A stretch of 64,000 nt of DNA, from positions 6,551 to 70,550 of the forward strand of contig CALXBS010000002.1 in assembly GCA_944386605.1 (NCBI GenBank), in the 5' to 3' direction. Origin of the DNA: an uncultured Clostridia bacterium. GTDB taxonomy: Bacteria > Bacillota > Clostridia > TANB77 > CAG-465. Positions within the stretch are counted from its first letter, which is position 1, and each line of letters begins with the position of its first letter. The position numbers and the translations under genes were made by a program. Positions 50,782 to 60,954 of this stretch are shown piece by piece. Below the pieces are notes generated by a model. The model was not told where the DNA came from, did no database searches, and saw only the letters and a program-made list of their open reading frames with translations.

Positions 50782-51594
50782 CTACTTTTCCTCCTCTTTC
50801 TTGAATACATTTTTTATTTTTTTAGCAATTCTTTTTGCTCGAATTCCTACAGAAACAAAAGCATCTACGACTCGGTTCATAAATTTTATATTTTTCCTTC
50901 TAAAAAACAGTTTAATTTTTTCAGGTCTACTTGTCCAAGTAGCATCGTAGTGATGAATCATACAGGTATGATCTGTATATATATTATTTTGATGATCATA
51001 ACTTAACGGATAAAAATACTCTCTAGGGTAAATATAAATCTTTGTATTATTTTTTTCTAAAATCGTAATTTGAGTCTTATCAAAGTTTTCATCTAATCCA
51101 AATTTCTCTTTTAAGGTAGCCGTAAAAAGCCTTGGAATGCTAATCTTAAACAAATCCTCTGTTTCAAACTGCTCAAAACTTTCATATAGTTTTACCATTT
51201 CTGTAATAAAAGGATGATTTTTCTCTTTTGCATAAATCACACCTGCTGCGATCATTCCAGAATCTTCTACTCCAAAAAAGAAATCATTTTGTAGCAAAGA
51301 ATCAATGTTTTTAGTAATTTCCATATCGGTATCAAAATAAATTCCACCATATTCTTTTAACACTTTCATTCTAGCATAATCGGATACAAAAGCCCATTTT
51401 TTCTTTTCATAAGCTTGTTTTACAAACGCACAACTATTAAAATCAAAGTTATCCTCATTCCATAATTTAATTTCATAATCTGGTAAAAATTTTTTCCAAC
51501 TTTTGATACATTTTTTAGCAAGTTTGGATAGTGGTTTTGGCCCAAACCAACAATAATGTATAATTTTTTCGCTCATATTCTCCTCCTTTTTCAA
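50782..51594 (-). CDS. GT32-family glycosyltransferase (Gly_transf_sug, DXD-containing)
   Basis: IIHYCWFG...YARMKVLKEYGGIYFDTDME. Confidence 0.72.
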   Translation of the reverse strand: MKKEENMSEKIIHYCWFGPKPLSKLAKKCIKSWKKFLPDYEIKLWNEDNFDFNSCAFVKQAYEKKKWAFVSDYARMKVLKEYGGIYFDTDMEITKNIDSLLQNDFFFGVEDSGMIAAGVIYAKEKNHPFITEMVKLYESFEQFETEDLFKISIPRLFTATLKEKFGLDENFDKTQITILEKNNTKIYIYPREYFYPLSYDHQNNIYTDHTCMIHHYDATWTSRPEKIKLFFRRKNIKFMNRVVDAFVSVGIRAKRIAKKIKNVFKKEEEK

Positions 51595-52632
51595 TCAAAC
51601 AATGATATATTTTAAAGCCTTTTTAAGAATGCCATTTAATAAAAAGGCGAATTGATAAAAAAAAAAAAAATGAACTAGTTTGGTATAAAATTTTCTTAGT
51701 TTTCTACCAGATTGCAATTCATTTTTTATAAAATACGGATTTTTATTCATTTTCTGATGAATCGGCTTTATTTTTTTACAGAAAACTCTAGTTAATTGAT
51801 AACGCTTCCAAAAGTGCTCTACCTTGCTTAAAGGAAGTAATAATTCTTTATTTAAACGCCATGTATATGCAGAATATAACGCTTTATCTTTATCTTCCTG
51901 TGGAATATTTAAAGCTTCTACTCTTTCAAACAAAATTTCAAAGATATCAATCATCTGAAATTTTTTCTCATCAAATCCTGATCGCATAATCGAGTTAGGA
52001 CTTAAGAAATATTTATAATTCATATTCGGAATATAAACAATTTTTTTTGCTGTTAATAATATGATCAATGTAGTTGCTAAGTCCTCATAGCGTAAGCCTT
52101 TTGGAAAAGTAAGATCCTTAAAGTAATCTTTTAAAATCACTTTATTACAAGAAGATGGCATAATGGAAATATCAATACATCCCCATTTATCATCTTTTAT
52201 TTTAGGATTTTTAGCATGTACACGATGATTTTGGGAAATGTCTTCACCAATTGCTTCCCAGTCACAAATAACGACATCTGCTTGCTCTTTATCAATTTTT
52301 TTAAATACATCTTGATAAAACTCTTCTGCAATGTAATCATCGGAATCAATAAAGCTAATATATTTTCCTTTTGCTTTTAAAATACCGTAATTTTTGGTAT
52401 CCCCTAGTCCTGAATTTTCCTTTTTGCAATAATAGATATACTCTTGATATTTGCTCAAATACGGAAGCATAATTTCATCGGTATTTCCTTTTGATCCATC
52501 ATTAATTACCAAGATCTCGGTAGTATCTTTCATAAATTCTACTGCCTGAATTACAGAATCTAAACATCTTTTTAAATAAGGTTCTGTATTATATACTGGT
52601 ATTATAACAGATAATTTGATTTCTTTCATCAT
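51595..52632 (-). CDS. GT2-family glycosyltransferase
   Basis: LSVIIPVYNTEPYLKRCLDS...NDGS...FIDSDD. Confidence 0.85.
   Translation of the reverse strand: MMKEIKLSVIIPVYNTEPYLKRCLDSVIQAVEFMKDTTEILVINDGSKGNTDEIMLPYLSKYQEYIYYCKKENSGLGDTKNYGILKAKGKYISFIDSDDYIAEEFYQDVFKKIDKEQADVVICDWEAIGEDISQNHRVHAKNPKIKDDKWGCIDISIMPSSCNKVILKDYFKDLTFPKGLRYEDLATTLIILLTAKKIVYIPNMNYKYFLSPNSIMRSGFDEKKFQMIDIFEILFERVEALNIPQEDKDKALYSAYTWRLNKELLLPLSKVEHFWKRYQLTRVFCKKIKPIHQKMNKNPYFIKNELQSGRKLRKFYTKLVHFFFFYQFAFLLNGILKKALKYIIV
51657..51670. repeat. A14/T14 homopolymeric tract inside the 3' end of the GT2 gene (encodes HFFFFY)
   Basis: Counted directly: ataaaa at the end of 51651-51660, then aaaaaaaaaa at 51661-51670, giving 14 A. 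Confidence 0.9.
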
Positions 52633-52638
52633 AACCCC

Positions 52639-53694
52639 TTAACTTTCCATAAATATTTTAAATTTTTCTTTTACTTCCTGCTGATATTCTTGTTTCCAAA
52701 TTTGATATAATTCTAAAATTTCTTCTTTCTTTTCAATTGCAATTTGTGCTTTTTTTGCAATTTCATGAATACTATCTTCACTATTTACAATTAAATAAGA
52801 AGCAAGTTTCGAATTTTTAAAATAATGATGATTATTACCCGTTAAACAAGGCACTCCTACTTCTAAACTTTCCAAAGGAACTACTGGTGAACATTCTGTA
52901 AATGTAACATATAAATTAACATCGTTTTGACTCATTCTATTTAGCAATTCTTGCCTTGGTAAATAGGTTAACTTTTCATCACGAATCGAAATATTCATTA
53001 ATTTGCAAAAATCCTTTACAAGAGGACTTGCAGGAATCACATCTACTACTGCATGATTTAAAAGAGAAACACTACTTAACTGATTAAATGTATTTTTTTC
53101 CCAGCGGTTTCCAGCAGAATAAATACCCACATAAACATGTCCTTCTTTTTTTGGAAGGAGTACCTTAGGATTTGCAGATAATTGTTCAATTCCATTTTCA
53201 ACAAAATAAGCAGGATAACCTTTTTCTTGATAAAATAAAGCCATACTTTCTTTTAAAAAACCAATACTTGTGATCACTTTTTTCTCTGCTAATTCTAATA
53301 CCTGATCTAAAAAATGTTCCTCCCCACGATAACCAAACATGCTGTGACTACCGTGCCATAGAAATTTTATTTTTATTTTAGAATTTTGAAGATGGATGTA
53401 TTCTGCTAACTCTTTATATCCATAAGCCATTGTTCCAAATATAACCTGCTTAGGATTTACATAAGCTACTGTTTCTGCCACTTCTATAATTTCCTTTGGA
53501 TTTAATAATTCTGGTAAGGAAATAGAAGCAGAAAACATGCTTTTAGTAGAATTCATAATCCCAATACATTCTGGATTATAAAAAGCAAGAACTTCACTTT
53601 CTTGGCGATATTTTTTAATTTCTTCTATTATCTTTTTCATATTCTTTTCTTGATAAGAAAAGATACGTCTTATATTCTTTAAGTGTTTTTTCAC
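52639..53694 (-). CDS. divergent GT-B-fold glycosyltransferase-like protein (351 aa)
   Basis: C-terminal FTECSPVVPLESLEVGVPCLTGNN resembles the GT4 E-x7-E region. Paralogous to the C-terminal 330 aa of the next gene. Confidence 0.5.
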   Translation of the reverse strand: MKKHLKNIRRIFSYQEKNMKKIIEEIKKYRQESEVLAFYNPECIGIMNSTKSMFSASISLPELLNPKEIIEVAETVAYVNPKQVIFGTMAYGYKELAEYIHLQNSKIKIKFLWHGSHSMFGYRGEEHFLDQVLELAEKKVITSIGFLKESMALFYQEKGYPAYFVENGIEQLSANPKVLLPKKEGHVYVGIYSAGNRWEKNTFNQLSSVSLLNHAVVDVIPASPLVKDFCKLMNISIRDEKLTYLPRQELLNRMSQNDVNLYVTFTECSPVVPLESLEVGVPCLTGNNHHYFKNSKLASYLIVNSEDSIHEIAKKAQIAIEKKEEILELYQIWKQEYQQEVKEKFKIFMES

Positions 53695-53715
53695 ATTATC
53701 ACTCCATATTTTTTA

Positions 53716-55488
53716 TCACATTGCTAAAAAGCTTTTAACACTTTCTTGAGATTTTAAATCATATTCTTTTTTCCAATCTTGATATAGCATTAAAATCTCT
53801 TGCTTATGTTCTAAAGCATTTTGTATTTTTTGTTTAATAGCAATTACATCATCTTCTCTTTCTACTATTAAATATTCTTTTAACTGGTCATATCCTTCAA
53901 AGTAATGATGATTATTGCCTGTTAAACAAGGAATTCCTACTTCTAAACTTTCTATTGGAAGCATAGGTGCACATTCTGAAAATGTAACATACAAATTAAT
54001 ATCATTTTGTGCCATTCTTTTTAATAACTCTTCTCTTTTTAAGCCATGTTCTATTCCTGTTACTTCTAAATTACAATTTCCAGCAAATTTTTTAGCCTCA
54101 AAACTAAGAGGAACGATATCTAATACTGCACCAGGAATTAAAGAAGAAGCTGCAATCTGTGAATACATATTTTTTCTCCAGTTGGTTCCAGCAGAATAAA
54201 GTCCAATTTTCGTTTGAATATGTTCCTTTTTTTCCAAAGTAACATTTTCTAATAACTGCTTGTCTAACCTAACTGTATTTTGGACAAAACATGTCTTATA
54301 GCCTTGTGCTTTATAAAAAGAAATGATACTTTCCTTGCAAGAAGCAAATACATCAATAATACCTTGTTTATGAAGTAAGATAACCTCTTGATTGATTTTC
54401 CAGTTTTCTTCTTCTAAAACTTGTGAATGCGAACCATGCCAAAAGCATTTTAATTTAATTGCAGGATTTTGTTCTTTTAATCTTTTTGCAAGTTTTTCAA
54501 ATCCATGGCAAAAGCCGCTAAAAACAACCTGTTCTACTTGCGTTTCTAAAATTTTGGTACATACCAAATCAATTAAACTATTAGAACGTAATTCTTGCAA
54601 AGGGACTAAATTTTCAAAAAGCTCCTTAGTTGCACTGGTTACTCCCATCCATCTAGGATTATGAATCGTAATATAGGAAACCTTTTTCTCTTTGTAGGTT
54701 TGTAAAATTTCACAAGCATTGGTAACACTTTCTTCTAAATCCTTTTTACAAATATCTTTTCCCATTTTTTGCAAAATATGATATTTTTTACTTGCTAACT
54801 GAAAACGCACTGCTTGGAAACAGTTCATAAAATATGGATACCCTTGGGGTTTGGTTTTTCGAAAAACTTTGAGTCTTAATTTTTGCTTTTTACTAAGCTT
54901 TGTTTCATTATGATAAATGGCTTTTGTATTTTCCGAAAAATCTTTCCCACATTTTTCATAATCGAGTGGATAAAAATAATCATACGGATATGCAAAAGAA
55001 TTTTTAGCAAGCTTTACAAAAGAGCAAAACTTTGTATCTAATTTTTTATCAAAAACTTTTGACAAAATCTCTGTAATATTTAAAGCCTCTTTCTTTTCCA
55101 TTTCCTCTAATATTTTTTGGATATAGACATTATTTTTTCCCTTGCTCCACATCATATTACTACATATTCTATTTTCTGTATCATAGGCAATAAAAAAATC
55201 ATTTTCAAGTAAAGGATCTAAGTTTCCTACTAACTCAAAATCTCCTATCACCAGCAATCCTCCAATTCGGTATAGTAATAAAAAACGAATGTATTCTTGT
55301 AATAGCGGATGATCTTTTAACATCGCTACTTTTTTTAAATCCTCCGCTGAAATTGCTTTGATATTTTTTAAAGCAGAGATAATATTTTGCTCTTCTATAT
55401 TCAGTACATTTATTTTAAAATTTTTTAACTTTTTGTACTCTTCTTCACTTTTTTGATTACAATAAAAACAAGTTAATATTTTTTCCAT
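53716..55488 (-). CDS. two-domain protein: GT32-like N-domain with altered DXD plus GT-B-like C-domain
   Basis: N-domain aligns to the adjacent GT32 (LLLYRIGGLLVIGDFELV vs LKEYGGIYFDTDMEI; YPYDYFYPLDYE vs YPREYFYPLSYD). C-domain WHGSHS...FSECAPMLPIESLEVGIPCLTGNNHHYF aligns to the 351-aa protein. Confidence 0.5.
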   Translation of the reverse strand: MEKILTCFYCNQKSEEEYKKLKNFKINVLNIEEQNIISALKNIKAISAEDLKKVAMLKDHPLLQEYIRFLLLYRIGGLLVIGDFELVGNLDPLLENDFFIAYDTENRICSNMMWSKGKNNVYIQKILEEMEKKEALNITEILSKVFDKKLDTKFCSFVKLAKNSFAYPYDYFYPLDYEKCGKDFSENTKAIYHNETKLSKKQKLRLKVFRKTKPQGYPYFMNCFQAVRFQLASKKYHILQKMGKDICKKDLEESVTNACEILQTYKEKKVSYITIHNPRWMGVTSATKELFENLVPLQELRSNSLIDLVCTKILETQVEQVVFSGFCHGFEKLAKRLKEQNPAIKLKCFWHGSHSQVLEEENWKINQEVILLHKQGIIDVFASCKESIISFYKAQGYKTCFVQNTVRLDKQLLENVTLEKKEHIQTKIGLYSAGTNWRKNMYSQIAASSLIPGAVLDIVPLSFEAKKFAGNCNLEVTGIEHGLKREELLKRMAQNDINLYVTFSECAPMLPIESLEVGIPCLTGNNHHYFEGYDQLKEYLIVEREDDVIAIKQKIQNALEHKQEILMLYQDWKKEYDLKSQESVKSFLAM

Positions 55489-55568
55489 AAGTCACCTTTC
55501 TTTTTTATTTAGGCGAAAAAGTGTAAGCATCATTATATGTTTTTTTAATCATGTTTACACTTTTTATA

Positions 55569-57776
55569 CTAAGATTTTTTTCCCTTTCCTATCACCCATT
55601 TATAAAAGGCAGTTATTTTGGTTGCATGTAACACTTTAATAAATCCTCTCCATACTCTATAACGCCATAAAATATCTCTTATACTAGGTTTTGCTGAAAA
55701 ACTAGATAATTGCTCCATGGTATATAAGTCTACTGGGAAAAAGGATGGATTATTTTGCAAATACATTGCTCCATTAGCAAGTGAAATGTTATAAATCTCA
55801 TCTCCATATTCTTGATACAATTTCTTGTGATTTTTGGTGATAAGCTCTGTTAGATATAACATGTTATTTTTGTTAAATCCTCTTGCCATAGAATCTTTTC
55901 TAACCCTATAAAGAGATAGATATTCTGGAATACATACTCCAAAACAAGAATGCTCTGCAAGTGAAATCCACATATCATAATCTTCCATTCCAAATTCCAT
56001 TTCTACTCGATTTTTTCCATATTGCAAAAAGTCTTGTTTTCTAATTAAAGTATTAGCATTTAACATATTATGGCATAACAAATAAGGTAATTGTGTATCA
56101 AAAGTCGTCCACCCACCATCATTTGCACCAAAATATCTTACAAAACTAAATACATATGATACATTTTCATAGGTAGATAAGATACGTATTGCTTTTTCAT
56201 ACATGGTTTTTTCTACCATATCATCAGGATCTAGAAAAGCAATATATTCTCCTTTGGCATGTTCTGCCCCAACATTTCTTGCATTAGCTAATCCACCATT
56301 TGGAATATCTATAACCATAATTCCTTTTTGATGGCGATATTTTTCCAATGCTTCTATACTTTTTTCTTCTGTAGAACCATCATTTACAATAATAATCTCA
56401 TTATTTTTATAAGTACTATCTAGAATACTTTGTACAGCATCGTCTAGATACGCTCCCATATTGTAATAAGGAATGACAACAGATAAACAAGGATTTTTAC
56501 CTGTTTTTACAAAACCTTGATACTTAGATGTATCATTTAAAAATGGGTATTTCGTTGGAAGTGCTTCTTGTTTTTTTTGAGCAATGACTTCTTTAAAAAA
56601 GTCTTTTCTTAATTTTAAATTATTTTGAACATTACACATTGCATAAATTCTTTTTTGAGCATTCTTCCCTATTTTGCCTAATTTTTCTTTTGAAAGTCCC
56701 CATACAAGTTTTACCTTTTCATACATATCATTTGGAATGTCATGATCAAAAATATAACCATTTACGCCACTTTCAGCCACCATTTCTGCTTGGCCTCCCT
56801 GTTTAGAGGCAATGACTACTTTTCCAAGCCACATAGACATCAAGCAGGTATTTGGAAAGTTTTCATATAAAGATGGGACTAAAACCGCTCTTGCTTGTTT
56901 AATGTCCTTTTTCAAAATATCCGGCGGAGTATTAGGCTGAAAGATCAGTAAACCTTCTTGTACTCTTTTTTGATATTTTTTCTCTAGCATTTCACCCAAA
57001 AACTCATTTTTAGGGAAAAATACGGTATCTCCACCAATTAGTTTTAGTTTACATTTTTCTCCTTCTTGCCACAATTTTTCAAAAGTCTCTACCATCTGTT
57101 TAACACCTTTACGGTATTCTTTTCTTCCAAAATAGACAAATAAATCTTCGTCCATTTCCACATTTTCTAAAGATTCATCTTCTAGGCTTGACTCAAAAGG
57201 TAAAGGTATTACTTTGATTTCTTTAGTAGTATTAATATCTTTTAGTTTTTCTTTTAAAAACTGACTTGGGCAAAGAATTGCATCGGCAGCTTTGATACAA
57301 TATCTTTCTAATTGTCCTATCCAATAATCTGGCAATTTGTAACTTGCAAATTTATTAACATCAAATAAGGCAAATTGTGGAGTATGAAGATGTACAACAA
57401 CAGGTATATCTTTTAAAAATTCTCTATCAATATATCTTTGCTGGAAAATGTAATAACCAATTGCATTATATTCTTGAATCTCAATTATATCTGGTTTTTC
57501 GCCTTGCTCCAACAATTGCAAAATATATTGATAATACTGATAAGCAATAGATTGGATTTGCCCCATATAACGGTTATTTTCATCTTCTTTTAAAGTAAAA
57601 CGACAAACTTGTAAATTTCCATTCTTACTTTCTTCTATTTTATCTTCATCATCTCTTACAATAACTTTTACTTTGTCTCCATTATCTGCATACATATTGG
57701 CTACATTTTCTACATATGTGCCAATTCCACCACCAAAATGTGGTGGAAATTCTAAGGTTAGAATCCAAATTTTCAT
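55569..57776 (-). CDS. bifunctional glycosyltransferase, GT4 domain fused to GT2 domain (735 aa)
   Basis: N: KIWILTLEFPPHFGGGIGTY (GT4). C: LSVVIPYYN...NDGSTE...FLDPDD (GT2). Confidence 0.78.
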   Translation of the reverse strand: MKIWILTLEFPPHFGGGIGTYVENVANMYADNGDKVKVIVRDDEDKIEESKNGNLQVCRFTLKEDENNRYMGQIQSIAYQYYQYILQLLEQGEKPDIIEIQEYNAIGYYIFQQRYIDREFLKDIPVVVHLHTPQFALFDVNKFASYKLPDYWIGQLERYCIKAADAILCPSQFLKEKLKDINTTKEIKVIPLPFESSLEDESLENVEMDEDLFVYFGRKEYRKGVKQMVETFEKLWQEGEKCKLKLIGGDTVFFPKNEFLGEMLEKKYQKRVQEGLLIFQPNTPPDILKKDIKQARAVLVPSLYENFPNTCLMSMWLGKVVIASKQGGQAEMVAESGVNGYIFDHDIPNDMYEKVKLVWGLSKEKLGKIGKNAQKRIYAMCNVQNNLKLRKDFFKEVIAQKKQEALPTKYPFLNDTSKYQGFVKTGKNPCLSVVIPYYNMGAYLDDAVQSILDSTYKNNEIIIVNDGSTEEKSIEALEKYRHQKGIMVIDIPNGGLANARNVGAEHAKGEYIAFLDPDDMVEKTMYEKAIRILSTYENVSYVFSFVRYFGANDGGWTTFDTQLPYLLCHNMLNANTLIRKQDFLQYGKNRVEMEFGMEDYDMWISLAEHSCFGVCIPEYLSLYRVRKDSMARGFNKNNMLYLTELITKNHKKLYQEYGDEIYNISLANGAMYLQNNPSFFPVDLYTMEQLSSFSAKPSIRDILWRYRVWRGFIKVLHATKITAFYKWVIGKGKKS

Positions 57777-57792
57777 TTTTTCCTCCTATATG

Positions 57793-58548
57793 TTAGCCTT
57801 GCTCTTGCAAATATGCGGCTGTTACTTCTTCTGTTGGACCATCCATTCTCATTTTTCCTTGATAAATCCAAATAGCACGATCACAAAAACTTTTTACCTG
57901 TGCCATACTATGCGATACAAAAACCATTGTCTTTTTCTTTTCTTTTAATTCTTGCATCTTTTTTAAACACTTATCTTGGAAATGCTGATCTCCTACTGCT
58001 AATATTTCATCAATTAGTAAAATATCTGCCTCTACATTAACGGCTATCGAAAAGGCAAGTCTCATATACATACCTGAAGAATAAGTTCTAACAGGTGAAT
58101 CAATAAAATCTCCAAGTTCAGAAAATTCAATAATTTTATCAATTACTTTATCCACGTCTTTTCTACCTAATCCATAAATGGAAGCATTAAAATAAATATT
58201 TTCTCTTCCGGTAAAGTCTGTATTAAAACCAGCTCCTAATTCAAGCAAACTAGATACTTTTCCTTTAATAACAATTTCACCTTTTTCAGGATAAATAATT
58301 TTACTTAATAACTTTAATAAAGTTGATTTACCAGAACCGTTAACACCGATTAAAGCAACGGTTTCTCCTCTTGTAATATCACATGAAACATTTTCTAATA
58401 CAACATGTTTTTGCTTTTTATTTCTTTTTAAATTTGTTAATCGTTCTTTTAAGAAATAAGCTTTATCTTCATAATATGTAAATTCTTTTGTTACATTTTT
58501 TACAGATATCACTACATCTTTATCACTTGTTTTCTTCTTTTTTGCCAT
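57793..58548 (-). CDS. tagH: polysaccharide/teichoic-acid export ABC transporter ATP-binding protein (TagH/Wzt type, no C-terminal extension)
   Basis: GVNGSGKSTLLK...YSSGMYMRLAF...LLIDEILAVGD. Confidence 0.88.
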   Translation of the reverse strand: MAKKKKTSDKDVVISVKNVTKEFTYYEDKAYFLKERLTNLKRNKKQKHVVLENVSCDITRGETVALIGVNGSGKSTLLKLLSKIIYPEKGEIVIKGKVSSLLELGAGFNTDFTGRENIYFNASIYGLGRKDVDKVIDKIIEFSELGDFIDSPVRTYSSGMYMRLAFSIAVNVEADILLIDEILAVGDQHFQDKCLKKMQELKEKKKTMVFVSHSMAQVKSFCDRAIWIYQGKMRMDGPTEEVTAAYLQEQG

Positions 58549-58551
58549 ATT

Positions 58552-59334
58552 TTAAACCTCCTCTGCAAAACGTCTTTGTAATTTAGAAAATATTAAGTAT
58601 CCTATTACTAGCACAATCACTGCTTCTAAAGCAACAATTCCTAAGCCAGACATACTTGGTAATGTTTTATCATAAAGAATAGATTGGTATGCTACCATAA
58701 TTCTTGTCATTGGATTTAACATATAAAGATCTCGATATTGCTCTGGTACCATAGATATACTATATAAAATTGGAGTTGCATACATCCAAATCATCATAAT
58801 AGGATTCATCATATATTGAACATCTCTTACATATACATTTACTGCACTTAAAATAAGGACAATTCCAAATGTAAAAATAGATTGAATTAACAAAATAACA
58901 GGTAAAAATAGGGCTGTCCAAGAAATACCTACTCCACTAATTAACAAAGCAATAAAAATAATAACGGCACTAAATAAATAGTTAATAATATTACTAATAA
59001 TACTTGCTAGTGGTAAAATTTCTCTAGGGAAATATACCTTTTTTAATATTCCAGCATTGTTACTAATACATGCGGTTCCCATAAAAATACTATTTTGAAA
59101 ACAGTTCCAAGGCATTAAACAAATAAACAAATAAATAGGATAATGCTCTATATCTGCTCTAAATACAAATTGAAATACTACTGAATATACAAGTAGCATT
59201 AATAATGGATTTAATAATGTCCATAAAAAACCTAAGAAAGACCCTTTATATCTTCCCCTTATATCTTGTTTGACTAAAGTATATAACATATGTCTATAAC
59301 GATAGATCTCTTTAAACTTTTCTATTAATTTCAT
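58552..59334 (-). CDS. tagG: ABC-2 type polysaccharide/teichoic-acid export permease (TagG/Wzm type)
   Basis: 260 aa, 6 TM; N-terminal YR...LV..D...RY.GS.LG..W motif. Confidence 0.88.
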   Translation of the reverse strand: MKLIEKFKEIYRYRHMLYTLVKQDIRGRYKGSFLGFLWTLLNPLLMLLVYSVVFQFVFRADIEHYPIYLFICLMPWNCFQNSIFMGTACISNNAGILKKVYFPREILPLASIISNIINYLFSAVIIFIALLISGVGISWTALFLPVILLIQSIFTFGIVLILSAVNVYVRDVQYMMNPIMMIWMYATPILYSISMVPEQYRDLYMLNPMTRIMVAYQSILYDKTLPSMSGLGIVALEAVIVLVIGYLIFSKLQRRFAEEV

Positions 59335-59479
59335 AATTTATCTCCTTTTTTAACTTCATTTTCATCTGATTTTTTTAATTCCCCTTATAATCCTGTTTTT
59401 TTAATTCTTTTTTATACACCACCACCTTTTCAGATTATATCATAAAGTTATTTATTTTAAAAGCTTTTTTACCCAAAAA

Positions 59480-59522
59480 TTTACAAAGAAAATGGTAGAT
59501 ATATTCTTATTCTATATCTACC
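59480..59522 (-). terminator. rho-independent terminator after the phosphohexomutase gene; a TATAAT-containing promoter region for the tagG operon lies just downstream (59395-59440)
   Basis: Minus strand: ggtagatata-gaataagaa-tatatctacc-attttctttg. Confidence 0.45.
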
Positions 59523-59528
59523 TAATTT

Positions 59529-60905
59529 TTATTTGATTAAACTCATAAATTCTTCTTTTATTTTTTCAACATCTTCTTGCGTAATTGCTTCAAATCTTGC
59601 GGTAATATTTGGACCTGTATTAGACGCTCTCACAAGAGCCCAACCATTATCAAAATCTACTCTTACACCGTCAATATCATTGATTTGATATCCTTGTGAC
59701 AAAGCATACTCTTTTATTTTTTCAATTACTTTAAACTTTTCTTCATCTGTTGATTTTATCACAATTTCTGGTGTAGCATAATAATGATGGATTCCTTCTA
59801 AAAGTTCTCCAATTGTTTTTCCGGTTTGTGTTAAAATTTCTATTAGCCTTAATCCTGCATAAATACCATCATCAATATTTGGCCATTTATCATTAAACCA
59901 TACATGTCCAGAAAGTTCTGAACCAAACACAAAATTTCCTTCCTTCATTTTTGCTTTCATATAGGAATTACCTGTACGATAGCAAACAGGAGTTCCGCCT
60001 AATTTGATAATTTCATCTGCTAAAGATTTGGTACATTTTACATCAAATAACGCTTTTTTGTTCTCTACCTTTGGCATTAAATAGCGCCAAACAATAATAG
60101 CAAAATAATCTGTAAAAATCATGTTTCCCTTTTCATCTATAATTCCTACTCTATCGCCATCTCCATCAATTCCAATTCCTAAATCTGCGTGCTCTTCTAA
60201 TACTTTCTTTTTTAAAGCCTCATTATTTTTTTCAATACTAGGATCTGGATGATGATTAGGAAAATCAGGATCAGAATCACAGAAAAGTGGAACGTACTCA
60301 ATTGAATCAAACATATCAAATACATCTTTAATAATAATAGAAGAGGTACCATTTCCAGCATCGATAACTACTTTTATTTTCTTTTTGTCACCCAAAATAA
60401 TAGAATTTTTGATAAGATTTAAATAATCCTTTCGAATATCTTTTTCTTCTATTTTACCTTCTCCATTCTTAAAATAACAAGCTTCCGTAAATCTTCTAAA
60501 CTCTTGTATCATTTCACCACAAGCATTTCCAAAATCATCAAAAGCCATTTTAAATCCGTTATATTCTTTTGGATTATGACTTGCAGTAATCATAATACCA
60601 GGCGCTATATTAAAATGTTTTTGAGCAAAATAATACATAGGTGTTGTTACTAAACCTAAAAAGATAACATCTACTCCTGTAGAAGTAATTCCCTCTAGCA
60701 AAGCCTTAGCTAAAGGAATAGAAGACACTCGGTTATCATGTCCTACAATACATTTATGATATCCTTTTTCTTGAATATAACTACCAAAAGAAAGACCGAT
60801 TGTATATGCTACATTTTCATCAAGATCATCCCCATAAATTCCTCTGATATCATATCCTCTAAAGATATTTTTACTAATTTTTTTATCTACTTCATAATTT
60901 TTCAT
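59529..60905 (-). CDS. phosphomannomutase/phosphoglucomutase family protein
   Basis: GYDIRG...TASHNPKEYNGFK...GIDGDGDR; 458 aa. Confidence 0.85.
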   Translation of the reverse strand: MKNYEVDKKISKNIFRGYDIRGIYGDDLDENVAYTIGLSFGSYIQEKGYHKCIVGHDNRVSSIPLAKALLEGITSTGVDVIFLGLVTTPMYYFAQKHFNIAPGIMITASHNPKEYNGFKMAFDDFGNACGEMIQEFRRFTEACYFKNGEGKIEEKDIRKDYLNLIKNSIILGDKKKIKVVIDAGNGTSSIIIKDVFDMFDSIEYVPLFCDSDPDFPNHHPDPSIEKNNEALKKKVLEEHADLGIGIDGDGDRVGIIDEKGNMIFTDYFAIIVWRYLMPKVENKKALFDVKCTKSLADEIIKLGGTPVCYRTGNSYMKAKMKEGNFVFGSELSGHVWFNDKWPNIDDGIYAGLRLIEILTQTGKTIGELLEGIHHYYATPEIVIKSTDEEKFKVIEKIKEYALSQGYQINDIDGVRVDFDNGWALVRASNTGPNITARFEAITQEDVEKIKEEFMSLIK

Positions 60906-60954
60906 TTATATCACCATCTCCATTATATCATAGTTTTCTTTCATTGAAAAGTAT

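Noticed and set aside
53915-54664. Plus-strand ORFs 53915..54199 and 54392..54664
   Set aside because: They are antisense within the 590-aa glycosyltransferase gene, with no RBS and low-complexity translations.
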